A DNA stretch of 64,000 nt from Minutocellus sp. GHC0000111. Its lineage: Eukaryota. Positions 13,659-24,937 of the stretch are shown piece by piece. The stretch lies in assembly GCA_977018835.1 (NCBI GenBank), contig OZ361259.1, positions 744,001 to 808,000 on the forward strand, written 5' to 3'. Each line of letters begins with the position of its first letter. The stretch's first letter is position 1. Under the pieces are notes generated by a model. That model was given only the letters and a program-made list of their open reading frames with translations. It made no database searches and was not told the origin of the DNA. The position numbers were made by a program, and so were the translations under genes.

Positions 13659-14319
13659 ACTAGCTAGTTTGTTCATAGTAATCTCTATTTCCAAGAAAAG
13701 TCACATCATCCAATTGACCTTAGGTCTACCAGTATTTTCCCCCCAAGATTGTGGTACTCTCTGGTGTTGAGGGTTCATAATTCAATCTTTGTGGCGCCAC
13801 CATTTTTCTGGAAAGCAATTTTGGAGAGCTCTTGTGTGTGGGCATGGCTATGGTCGGTGTGGCCCCCATCCTCCCTCCATCTGGTTCCTTTGCCAGGCAC
13901 CATTCTCATGCAAAGTGCATGTTTTACAAAAGATTTATGCTGACCTGTCAAATCACCTGCACCGTCAGCACACAGTGTTCATCGCATGGCAACCATCTGT
14001 CACTCCCCTGAAGTGACACAGCAGAAGGCAGTGCCAGAGCAGACAGCCGGCATCCAACAGCCATCCCAGCAACTCTTGGTCTCTCAGTGCCATGAATGTG
14101 GTGTGGCACTAGCTTGAAGTTGGTTGATCCTAGTGCTAGGGTTAAGGCAGTGATTATTTTGGACAGGAGGAAATGAGTTGTCTTCTAAAAAATCTAATTG
14201 GGGGAGGATTCAACATCACAGGGCCTTCACAGGTTAGGGATTATTTTGGACAGGAGGAAATGAGTTGTCTTCTAAAAAATCTAATTGGGGGAGGATTCAA
14301 CATCACAGGGCCTTCATAG

Positions 14320-14530
14320 GTGTTGCTCGTCATTTGTGGGACGACACTTGCAATGTTGCAGCAAGCCACAGGGCAAGGGATAGAAATTCCAAAAAGTTGC
14401 AGAACGTCTTTGGCAATGCAATTGCAGCCACCACGGTCATTTCCGCAACATTCAGAACTGGCTGAACAAGGTTCAAGGAGGCCTTTCGGGTTTGCACTTC
14501 CGGTTTTGACAATGCATTGGTCGCACTTCT
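14320..14530 (-). pseudogene. Fragment encoding a Cys-rich module (second copy ~31290-31510)
   Basis: CDQCIVK...EPCSASSECCGNDRGGCNC; same C..CC..CxC spacing as the modules at 19.9-20.4 kb. Confidence 0.45.
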
Positions 14531-14895
14531 GCTTCACCTGCCAGCTCCCCAAGCGCGTCGCCGTCGAGCAGCCCAACCTCTTTGCCGTCTTCTCACCAAG
14601 CTCGTTCCTGACCAGTCAGTGCTCCTTCGAGTGAGCCATCAGTGTCGTCTCAGCCAACGGCCGCTTCTTGCCTCCCATCCCCTGCCGGCAGGGTGGAATG
14701 ACTCGAACCCTAACCCTCAAAGAAAAAGCCGGCCAAGCCCAGCCAGGCCAAGTGGAAGAACTTCATGTGCACAAATGCTGCACGGCCGTTTGAATGCGAC
14801 CTCAACTCTCATTTTTCCATTCCAAGTGGTCTGTCCGTCCACCCGTTCCCCCACCCCCGGATGTGCATGGGTTTAAAATTTTAATAAAGATTCTT

Positions 14896-15013
14896 GAAAA
14901 GACTTTTTATTTCCATTTCAAACACCACACGACATAAAGACCCGAATGTACAATTTTTTAAACTTTTATTGAAGGTTCATGAAAAGACTTTTTATTTCCA
15001 TTTCAAACACCAC
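14896..15013 (+). repeat. 33-bp direct repeat upstream of the secreted gene (also ~31860-31984)
   Basis: GAAAAGACTTTTTATTTCCATTTCAAACACCAC at 14896 and 14981. Confidence 0.8.
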
Positions 15014-15040
15014 AGACTCGACATAATCACAATTATAAAG

Positions 15041-17080
15041 ATGGGGGTTGAGGTGGCACTTCTGTTCGCTGTTGGAATTTTGTTGTTTGCCGACGTCGCA
15101 CATGGAAATGAGAATCAGTGGGGATCTTTGAATCTCTTTGGAAAGAAGAACGGACTCAAAGGTGGCGCCCGTGACTTGTGGAGCACCGGCTACAGCTACA
15201 GCTCCACTGGAGGATCCAAGAGCAAGTCCACTGGAGGATCCGAGTCCAAGAGCAAGTCCAAGTCCACTGGAGGATCCAAGAGCAAGTCCACTGGAGGATC
15301 CACGTCCAAGAGCAAGTCCACTGGAGGATCCAAGAGCAAGTCCACTGGAGGATCCAAGAGCAAGTCCACTGGAGGATCCAAGTCCAAGAGCAAGTCTGGC
15401 TCGACTCCTGTCCCCCCGGCTCCCAAACCTGTCCCCCCGGCTCCCACTCCTGTCACCCCCAATGCAGAATGCCGTGACTACGACGATTTCGATCAAATTG
15501 TATTTAACTTCTACAATTTTGGATCTTTCCAGACCGACATCAATGCCCTTGGTTCAGTTGACCTAGATGTGTTTCAGGTTTCAATCTGCGCTGTGCTGGA
15601 GGAGATAGACCTACTGACTTCCATTGTGAGCTGCTGTACTTCTGCTGTGCTCATTGAAACAAGCAGACGGCACCTCCGGGCCAACAGTACAAACACCTCA
15701 AATACTACAAGTACTGTTGAATTCAGCACGAGCATAGTATACGAAGGAACAAGCTGTGAAGACGGAGATACATGTCAAGGTTCATTCGAGGATGCAATCA
15801 ACTCCGACTCATTCGGGAATCTGATCGGAGGCTCGGTGGTAGACCTTCAGCCACTGGGTACAAATCCACCTCCTACGATGGCCCCGCCGACTAATCCTCC
15901 TCCCGTCACCACCCCCGTCCCCCCGGTCCCCAGTACAAATCCACCTCCTACAATGGCCCCGCCGACTAATCCTCCTCCTGTCACCACCCCCGTCCCCCCG
16001 GCCCCCAGTACAAATCCACCTACAATGGCCCCGCCGACTAATCCTCCTCCCGTCACCACCCCCATCCCCCCGGCCCCCAGTACAAATCCACCTCCTACGT
16101 TGGCACCGCCGACTAATCCTCCTCCTGTCACCACCCCCGGCCCCCCGGCCCCCAGTACAAATCCACCTCCTACGATGGCACCGCCGACTAATCCTCCTCC
16201 TGTCACCACCCCCGGCCCCCCGGCCCCCAGTACAAATCCACCTACAATGGCCCCGCCGACTAATCCTCCTCCCGTCACCACCCCCATCCCCCCGGCCCCC
16301 AGTACAAATCCACCTCCTACGATGGCCGCCCCGCCCACTAATCCTCCTCCCGTCACCACCCCCGTCCCCCCGGCCCCCAGTACAAATCCACCTCCTACGT
16401 TGGCACCGCCGACTAATCCTCCTCCTGTCACCACCCCCGTCCCCCCGGCCCCCAGTACAAATCCACCTACCAAAGCCCCGTCTTCATTGCCTTCTCAATC
16501 TCCTTCCGATTTCCCGTCTTCATTGCCTTCTCAATCTCCTTCCGATTTCCCGTCTTCATTGCCTTCCGATGTCCCGTCTTCATTGCCTTCCGATGTCCCG
16601 TCTTCAATTCCGTCCGAGTCACCAAGTACATCATTTGCCCCAAGTACATCATTTGCCCCGACTTCGGGCCCTTGCCCTGCAGCTCCAGAAACGCTATTAG
16701 AGGATGACGGAGGAGATTTTGAATTTACCCAACGATTGCCAAGAGCTACTCTCAGTGTTGAACTGCGGATTTTTATCAGGGGTGATTACAATGGTTTAAA
16801 TGGAGGAACTGAAGAAGAATATGCCGATATCTTTTTGTTAAATAATACCTCTGGAGAAGCATCTCTTCCTCGCATCGGCAGATTCATTGGCTCACCACAG
16901 TGCAGTGAAGAATTCTTGGAGGAGTCGTATGTCATTCCTGTCGAAACATACAATGCATTTCACGAAGAAGGCAATGGCACAGTGTCCATCCTCATTGACG
17001 CTTCTGAAAACGTGGGGATCTTCTGCCCTCATAATGATGCCTACATTCAGTTTGAAATAGATGGTGGTTGTGGCCTTTAA
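15041..17080 (+). CDS. Secreted silaffin-/mucin-like protein (679 aa): signal peptide, RXL motif, (STGGSKSK)n, Cys-containing globular domain, (TNPPPTMAPP..)n, PSxxPS repeats, acidic C-terminal domain
   Basis: ATG at 15041 (ORF track starts at an upstream TTG); MGVEVALLFAVGILLFADVAHG signal peptide; ARDL and RRHL motifs; intronless open frame with normal Tyr content. Confidence 0.85.
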   Translation: MGVEVALLFAVGILLFADVAHGNENQWGSLNLFGKKNGLKGGARDLWSTGYSYSSTGGSKSKSTGGSESKSKSKSTGGSKSKSTGGSTSKSKSTGGSKSKSTGGSKSKSTGGSKSKSKSGSTPVPPAPKPVPPAPTPVTPNAECRDYDDFDQIVFNFYNFGSFQTDINALGSVDLDVFQVSICAVLEEIDLLTSIVSCCTSAVLIETSRRHLRANSTNTSNTTSTVEFSTSIVYEGTSCEDGDTCQGSFEDAINSDSFGNLIGGSVVDLQPLGTNPPPTMAPPTNPPPVTTPVPPVPSTNPPPTMAPPTNPPPVTTPVPPAPSTNPPTMAPPTNPPPVTTPIPPAPSTNPPPTLAPPTNPPPVTTPGPPAPSTNPPPTMAPPTNPPPVTTPGPPAPSTNPPTMAPPTNPPPVTTPIPPAPSTNPPPTMAAPPTNPPPVTTPVPPAPSTNPPPTLAPPTNPPPVTTPVPPAPSTNPPTKAPSSLPSQSPSDFPSSLPSQSPSDFPSSLPSDVPSSLPSDVPSSIPSESPSTSFAPSTSFAPTSGPCPAAPETLLEDDGGDFEFTQRLPRATLSVELRIFIRGDYNGLNGGTEEEYADIFLLNNTSGEASLPRIGRFIGSPQCSEEFLEESYVIPVETYNAFHEEGNGTVSILIDASENVGIFCPHNDAYIQFEIDGGCGL

Positions 17081-19616
17081 TTCTAACCCCAAGTTCATCG
17101 CCAAGGTAGATGCAAGAATTTTTATTGATTGGCTATCATGGTCATCAAGTTCCACAAAGAGTGAAATGGCAATGCAAAGGAATTGCTCTTTGAAATTGAA
17201 TACATAGCACAAAGATACACGAAAATGCTGTTGAACTATAACATAGCAAAGCTTCTCCAATTGCCTACTAGCACCAGACTCACTTAATAGAACGAACTGA
17301 AAGACAGATCTATGACGCACCACTTTCATCCCTTAAACAATCTGATGGATGTCTACTGTTCCCAAATTTGGCGAAGCAAACACCACAGAGTCACCTGCCT
17401 CGCACAGAGGTTGATGAGGCGCATCTTTACTTCTCTCCTTCATTCCTTTTTCAACAGAACGTGCAACTAAAGTAAGAACAATTGTGCAACTACGTGGCCA
17501 CACAAGCTAGATGCACTACAGAGAAAACATCAGCGCAGCAAGGAGTTCTTGCGCCATCAGTCCAGCTGATGCATTCCCCTCTGCCTCTCCTACAGCTCCT
17601 CTTCCACCCCCAGGTGGCATGAATGAAGCGCTGTCTGCTGCCCAGGGACCACCGCCCTGCTCTCTGTCTTCCCCAGGAAAGGTTGCCATTGCAGCCACCA
17701 CCTGTTCTATCTCAGTATCTCTTCTTGTGCCTTCCAGCAGTGGTTCTGTGCTGGGCCTTGTGCAGGCTTTGAGGGTTTTTAGAGTGTTCTTGCACAAGTC
17801 ACTGCTTCTTGTGGCAATTAGGATCATGCAGTTTTGGCTCTAGTTGGGAGCTGTCTGCTACCACATGTGCACATAGTCTGTGCACTTTAGGACATAGCTG
17901 TGCAATGTCACCAAAGGGTCCTGTGTTGTTTTCACATTGTTGCCACATGAATCACTTCCGGGTGTCCATTTTCAGAGTAATCTGAGTTGAGTGGGTCACA
18001 TGCAATTCTTCTGGAAGACAGAAGGACATGCATGTGCCTGTTGAACGAGTCACAGACCAATGTCGAGATCCTAGATCCCAACACCCCCCTCGAACCAAAT
18101 TCCACGGTGCTTCTCTTCGCAAGGTGTTCCTCGTTGATGCGACACTTCAGTTCTGTGTCGCTCGCTTTCAAGGGCGACAATCGCTACTCAAGTCATCTTG
18201 AGTCATCTGGTGGATGGGGTCACGACCTCCTCCATTTTGTCGCTCAATCCATCTTGATCGGCATCAGGGAAGTCCGATGGCTTATCTTGAGGGTCAAGTG
18301 GGTTGCTATCAGCTTGGTACTGGGCATTTTGCTTCGTGTAAAAGTGCGCACTGAACAATGGACCAAAGGACACTGTCATGGCAATAATAAGTAGAAAGAC
18401 ATGCCTACACTGAAGAACAGCAAATGTTGCCCTCCTAATCCTCTTTCTTTTCTTTTGCACAAAGAAACTTTGATTTCGGTCACTCCAGGGAGCTTTCATT
18501 CTTCTACCTGCAGTTTGGAAGCGGCAGGCAGTTTGCTCTGGTGTAGTAGGCCTAGCATAAATTTCTTCGCATCTGTATGTTTTCGAATCTTCGCATCGCT
18601 TTTGATTGCACATGATGAAAAGGTCGCTCTGTTCAGATTTTCCGTTCTTCTCGTCTTCTTTTTATTTTTGAAGCTTCTTGGATTCCCTATCCCACCCCTC
18701 CTTGCGATGTTGCTTGTAATTTGGGGGTGTTGACAAATTCGCGATATTTTCGATCTTTCAGTTTCAAGAAATGAGTTGTCCCATCTGGGTACATGTACAT
18801 AGGACATCCTAAGAGGGTGGTGCATTTCCTGCCCTTCTGAGGGTACATGTGTACATGTAGGACATCCTTCTAGGGTGCGGCACATCTCTTTACTACTACG
18901 TAGAAAGAACACACACATCAAAACCTGTGCCATTTTAGGACAGTGCAACGCCTGCACCTTTTTGGGCAGTGCTCCAACATCAAACCTACCGGCACTCCTC
19001 TAACAGGATAGAGTTATCAACTTCACCTACCTTCGCCTTGGGACTCAATCCCCACCCGGTGGATGAACGCTGGCATCTTGAAGTAGAAACGGTCATCGAT
19101 GTCCCTTTCCGCGTGACGGAGGTTGTGAGCTTTGTTGTCTCGGCTTTCTGGACAGACCACTGACTGACATAAACGTACAGTGCTCAGAGAACATGGTGAA
19201 GGTGGAGCTTCTCCGATTGCTTAGGAGTTCCCGAAGCCATGACACTATGACATTAATAGGTAGCATGCCAAAAAATTTTCCGCCGCCCAAAATCGAGGTG
19301 AAAAGTGGAAGAAAACTTTCATGGCCAGGATGACTGCCAGGAAGCGGGGGAAAGGGTGCGCTGGCCCGGCCAGATAGCAATCGCGATAGCCATTTGCAAC
19401 ATGTGTCTCATGTGCGTGAGTGCAATGTGCACACAGTGTGCAATTAATGAATTGTTTATTTCGATTTGATAAACGTTTACACGGCGATTCGTCATTTGTT
19501 TGCATTGAGTCGCCGCAGCAACCAAAGTACAAATGAAATAGCTCTTGAGTTCAGATGCTCAAAAAGTGAAATGACACAACAGCAAATGCATGAACATTTC
19601 CTTTGATTACATTTAG

Positions 19617-20450
19617 CTAAGCCAACACCAACACAATTGTTGAAGGCACCATTGACGGACTTTCTGAGGGAAACAGACTTGGCACATCTGATGGTGCAGC
19701 ACTTGGCACGTCCGAAGGAGATGTGGATGGTTCGGCACTGGGCAGCAAGCTCGGAACATCCGATGGTGCAGCACTTGGCACGTCCGAAGGAGATGTGGAT
19801 GGTTCGGCACTGGGCAGCAAGCTCGGAACATCCGATGGTGCCGTACTTGGTGCATCCGATGGTGAGGAACTTGGGATTTTGCTGGGAGCATCCGATGGTG
19901 TGACACTTGGTGCTAAGGATGGTGATTCTGAAGGTTTCACAACACAAGAGTTCAACGGGCACTCATTTGTGCAAACACCCATTGATCCTTGTGGACCCAC
20001 ACAGGCGCAGCCGGCACTGCCATTCATTGTGCTGCAACATTGGTTTGGCATGCCTGGGTCGCAAGGTTCACCCTCGAAAGGAAGACCTCCCGGCATGCGC
20101 ATGTGTTGACAAGACCCATGTTAAATATTGGTGCAGGTGTCGGGCGTGGAGTTGGTGCATCCGTGGGTGCCTTCGTGGGACTTTTGGTGGGAGAGACAGT
20201 TGGAGCAACAGGCGCAGTCGTGGGAAAACTTGTGGGAGAGCTTGTTGTGGGAGAAACCGTGGGAGAGTCTGTAGGAGCACCTGTCAAAGTGCCTGTGGGA
20301 GAATCCGTGGGAAATCCTGTGGGACTCTTGGTGGGAGATCCTGTGGGCGCCGGGGTTTCGGGGCTTACAACACACATGCCCTGTCCTGCATTTGCACAAA
20401 TGTTGTTAGTGCAGAAACATCCTCCGGACACGTTTCCGTCCATCATGAAA
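19617..20450 (-). pseudogene. Cys-rich + Pro/Thr/Ser-repeat extracellular protein, 5'-truncated and frameshifted
   Basis: Two overlapping frames (20024..20446, 19617..20102); PTxSPT and PSDVPS repeats; EPCDPGMPNQCC...GCAC module. Confidence 0.75.
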
Positions 20451-21583
20451 CAACTCAGTCTTGCATGTCAGTCTTGCATGTGCGTCCGACCCTTCGCCGC
20501 AGGACCAGGGCAACTCTTGGGATAAAGTGCACACAACAAAAATCTTTGTTCTTGCACTTGTGTTTGTGTAAAATAATTCCTTCTTTTTCAAACAAAACAA
20601 AAACACAGAAAACACAACAAAATTCGACGCAGAGGTGCCACTCGTTCCCTAATGTCAACGACGCTGGAACACAATCCAAGCTATGTAAACTTCTTACTTT
20701 TCTCTTTTCTTTTCCTCTTTTCCCGTGCTACTAGTGTTTGGCCCGTCGTCGCCTTGCTCGGACAAATCGCTGCTGCAAAACGTTTTAGCTTAGGAGTCTG
20801 TCGATGCCTCAGTTAGAGGGACGTTAAGCCAACATGCGAGCTGGGCTCAAGTCAAAGAATAGATCTCCTACCGAACAGACCCCATGGTTGGGGTAAGCAG
20901 GGACACTTTTAGGAGCTAACAAATGGACCTAAGGGAAATAAAAGAATCCATCTGAACCACTAAACCCCCACCTCGTTGTGCTTTGCATCCATCACACAAG
21001 CTTGCCATCGAATGTTCAAGTTCGACACTGTCAGATGTTCCGGAAGTTGCGTCGCTTCACGGTCTTAGGCTCGAGAACACTGCACAATGCGTGTGCTTGT
21101 TTCATCTAGAAATGCGCTGCTAGGGTTAACCTCAGCCCAGCCGGGTTCCCTCTGAGGGCGATTCGCAAGATCCATGTCGAGGAGAAGTCTTGTTTGCATT
21201 GAGTCGCCGGGTTCCCTCTGAGGGCGATTCACAAGATCCGATCAGGTGGGCTCAGTCGACGACGTGGTGGCATTTAAACCCTAAGGTCGCCAACCTTAGT
21301 GCCGTGCCCTAGCACCATGTCGAGGAGAAGTCATTGAGACAACCTCCTATCTCGACACTATGCCATCCCCCACAGGTGCAGTGTAACCTTTGAGCCTTAA
21401 GACCAGAGCCCTGTTGTCACGTTTCCAGCGGAGCCAACTGCCCCTTGTCTCGTAGGCCGAACATGGCAAAGTGATCACATCCGGGCCACATGCGAGGTCA
21501 GATTCGCGAGAAATCGAGCGCCCGGTTTTTGACTGCTTTCGAGGGGATTGAAAAGCGCCTCGAAGAATAGTCATGCTGAAATA

Positions 21584-24500
21584 CCAAGTGCGTGTCGATC
21601 TGGCGACGCCAGCGACGTTTTCGCCCAGAAATCGGAAAGTCCGAAGAAACACCTACAAAATCTCATTTCTCAGAATGTTTTCCACAATTTTTGTTTTGGA
21701 AAGACAGTTTTGTGCTACTCAAAAAACAAAAAAACAAAAAAACAAAATTTGCCTGAACTGGAGAACTATTTATTTGAGAATTCGAGTCAATAAGGCAAGT
21801 TTGATGCAAAGTTATGAATGTTACCGAGGTGTCGCACTACATGTAACTATCACCGTTAAAACTATCAACCTTTATGTACTTGTTGATATGTTCGCCGTGT
21901 TCGAGTCACTCGTGTAGGATGACACAGCACAGCTTCAGCATCAGCCATTTTTACCAGCAAACACACGAGGTTTGAGTTTTTACACGTACCAAATGCATCA
22001 AAGCAAGCTAGTGACATAATAAATCTAAGTAAAAATGTCAATCTAAGCTTTCTTGGAGCGAGGGGCGACACCGTCCTTGGTTGCGATGAAGTCGCCTCGG
22101 ACGTTTTGTCCTTGTTGGGCCGTTGGCTTACAACTTCGCAAGAGCTCGTTGCCGCCGCCATTTTCTTCCACTCTTTCTAGAATTCGTTTCGCCAACACGC
22201 ATCCATGAGCGACTTTTTCCGATGTCAAATCGCTCCATGTGTCTTGGCATCGCTTCCATGTTGCATCGTTGTTTCCGATGGCCTTCTCCCCGCCCTCCTT
22301 CAGCAAATGAGAGTGGATTTTAGACATGCAGGGGAAGACGGCCAAGTCAAGATTGTTCGAGCAGGGCATCTGCGCAGCCTGGGGCTCCCAATGCCAATGG
22401 CTCCTTATCTGGCATTGCTCCTTGCACCATGCTTGGAAATTGCCCTCGCGGTGAGGACCGGCATTGTCGCCTTGAACAACTATGCCACAGTTCTGGTGCT
22501 TTCCACAGAGACTTGGATCAGCGATGGGCGGGGAATTGTTTTCAGGATCAGCCTCGCATCGTTGCTTTTCTCCTCCTGATGCTTTTCTTTGTCACCACAA
22601 GCAGCGGGAGGACCAACTAACTTCTCTAAAAGAGGGATAATTTGATGTTCAAATGTCTCTCGAAGAGAAAAGCTAGGATTAGTCGAAGTCCCGCTACTTG
22701 CACCCTTCACCGTAGCATCAACCATGCAGGGCCCACCCTTCTCACGAATCAGCTCTCCATCGTAGCGCTGCCGACCCTAATCGTCCTTCCGACCAGCACG
22801 CTGATTCTTCTGCGCCATTCGGCCTGCCATGCATCGATGCAGACCAAGCATCAAGCCGTCGCCGCCATCCTCGATGTTACCGCCACAATCACACCCAGTG
22901 AACGCAACCACCACAATCTTCGGAATGTGGCACTCATGCTGACAAAAATTCATTGGGTGATGAAGGCCCAGAGCCTCGCAGATTTTGTTGTTGCGCCTTC
23001 CGACGTGCCCATGGAACCACTTTTCATCGTAATGCACAAGAACAGCAGGCTCGGCTTCTCTCCCCCAGCCATTGAGGAAATGCTTCACAAATCGGACATG
23101 CTCGGCCATCTGAGCTGTTGTGAGCAAAGGCAACATTGCTTCTGCACCGCATGTAGCTCCACAATGCGAAGCAAACCACCGATCAATCGTCCTTGCACTG
23201 CACCAACCGTCAATGTCATCTGCAACATCCTGCCAACTTTTGGACTGATCCTTGAGAAGCATTGCAATGGTCTCATCTCGAATTCCAGGCTGTCTAGCGA
23301 TGGCCGACCGAGAAAGAAAGTTGAATGGCTCTTTGTTGTCGGCGGTGAGGTGTTGGAACTTTTCGCGCGCCATCTTCCTTGTGTCTCCCTGCGCAGATGA
23401 GTCCAAGAGGTAGCAATTCTCAGCGGCCTCCGCCGATGCCTTCTGTAGCAAGTGCTCTCCATAAAAATACACTGGAGTGCACATCGAGCGCGCATGATCA
23501 TGGTCTTCGATCACAGAAAGAAATTTGACCCTCTTCGCTCCGGGCTCCTCCCCTCTTTCCTTTCTCTTTCGCTTCTTGCTTTCCTTCTTCGCCTCTGCTC
23601 TTCGCTCGGCCTTCTGTGGCATCATGAGGCGATCGTACGCATCTTTGGGGTGGTGCCGCTCAACTCCATGTGCGTGGGCGAGATTCACCATTGCGAGGGG
23701 ATCTTTCGTCGCTGGAAGGGTTGCCATTCCAAGGGTCTTGCGCATGGCAGCAGCAGATGCCACAGCACCACAGTCCACAGCAATTGCAGTGTCAAAATCA
23801 GGGTCGTCCCTTGATAGGCCCATGCTGTCAGCTCTCCATCCTCTGCAAAGATTCATTCCACCATTCTTTTTCATGAGCTCAGTTACAATCTGACCTCCGT
23901 CTTTCCGGCACTGCCGTTTCGCCGGCGGACTAGAGGCCGTTCCCCCATCGTCTTTGTCATCTCCTAATGCATCTTGGCGAGTCCTTTTGATAGCTGCACG
24001 AGCTGGGGGGTTGTGGATGATTGGAGCAGAAGATGTGGCTGATCGAATTCGAGTGAGGCGGAAAAGGGGAACATCATGCTCAAATTTCTGGGCTGCGATG
24101 GCGTCATGCTGCACATCCACCGTCAGCTTCCCACCGGAGCCTTTCACATGGGTAACGATTCCATCACCGCCGGGAGAATTCTTGCATGGGCTGTAGTCTG
24201 ATGAAACCCTCACGGCATCGCCTTTTTGGAGGAGGGGTTTGCCCGACACACAGTTGCTCGTCTTCTTCCCCTTCGGCGGTGCAGTGATGGAAGTGACGGT
24301 GCCTCTTTGTTTTGCATGCTCCTTCCTTTCATGTTCAAGGCATGTGCGCTTGTTCTCGCGCTCTTTCTCCGCCGCGACCTGCGCCTTCTTGGCCGCCTTC
24401 TTCGCAATGTCTTCGGCTGCCTTCGCTTTCTCGGCATCCAATTGTTGGGATCGCTGCACTTGCGCCGGTGCTGGCGACGACGATGGATGAGAGGACGCAT

Positions 24501-24841
24501 CAGTCGATGTGCCAGTCGGCGGAGAAGGCGGAGAACGAGCAGGAGACACAATGGCCAGGCGAGTCGATGGCGTTCGAGTCACGTTCGACGAGGGTGAGGT
24601 GTTGGCATTGTTTGATTGCGATGCGGCCCGTGCAGACGTTGTTGGACGGCGGGATGAACGAGCGTTGTTGGAGGCTGCTGGCGACCGAAAATGCGTGGGA
24701 GGCCATGGGAGGAGATCACCCCTGGACAAATGCATGTCAGCAAGGTTTTTGTCGCTGAGATTGGTCGTGTTGTTTGTGTCGGCCACGAACTCCTGTTTTT
24801 TCGCGAAACTCGCTGGCGTCGCCAGATCGACACGCACTTGG
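21584..24841 (-). mobile_element. Inner mariner-like DNA transposon (3258 bp)
   Basis: Perfect 32-bp TIRs CCAAGTGCGTGTCGATCTGGCGACGCCAGCGA; flanked by TA (21582-83) and CA (24842-43); empty site at 58683-84. Confidence 0.93.
22043..24735 (-). pseudogene. Mariner-like DDD transposase with long N-terminal extension, frameshifted
   Basis: VHYDEKWF, VQGDNAGPH and QMPCSNNLDLAVFPCMSK motifs split across frames. Confidence 0.85.
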
Positions 24842-24937
24842 CATTTAAGAAAGTGGCTGTTTTTACTCTAATTTTGATTTGTCTTCATGTGAAACAATAA
24901 TTCGGATAAGACTTTAGATTTCAGCGGCTCTAATCAA

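Larger units (their letters stand above)
1..14112 (+). repeat. Tandem array of ~1.3-kb units (1 partial + 10 complete), each = P450 last-exon 3' part + 3' flank
   Basis: Units start at 1093, 2443, 3703, 4993, 6283, 7573, 8893, 10213, 11563, 12823 (lengths 1350,1260,1290,1290,1290,1320,1320,1350,1260,1290). Junction is GGCACTAG|TCATTCC. Length differences come only from a 30-bp minisatellite (GGTGGCAGCAGCAGATCCAAGAGCACGTCC). Unit body matches 63033-64000. Confidence 0.98.

Noticed and set aside
14894..15040. ORF-track N-terminal extensions (14894 TTG, 61090 GTG, 24837 GTG)
   Set aside because: Non-ATG starts; downstream ATGs give proper signal peptides, and the 24837 start lies inside the TIR.
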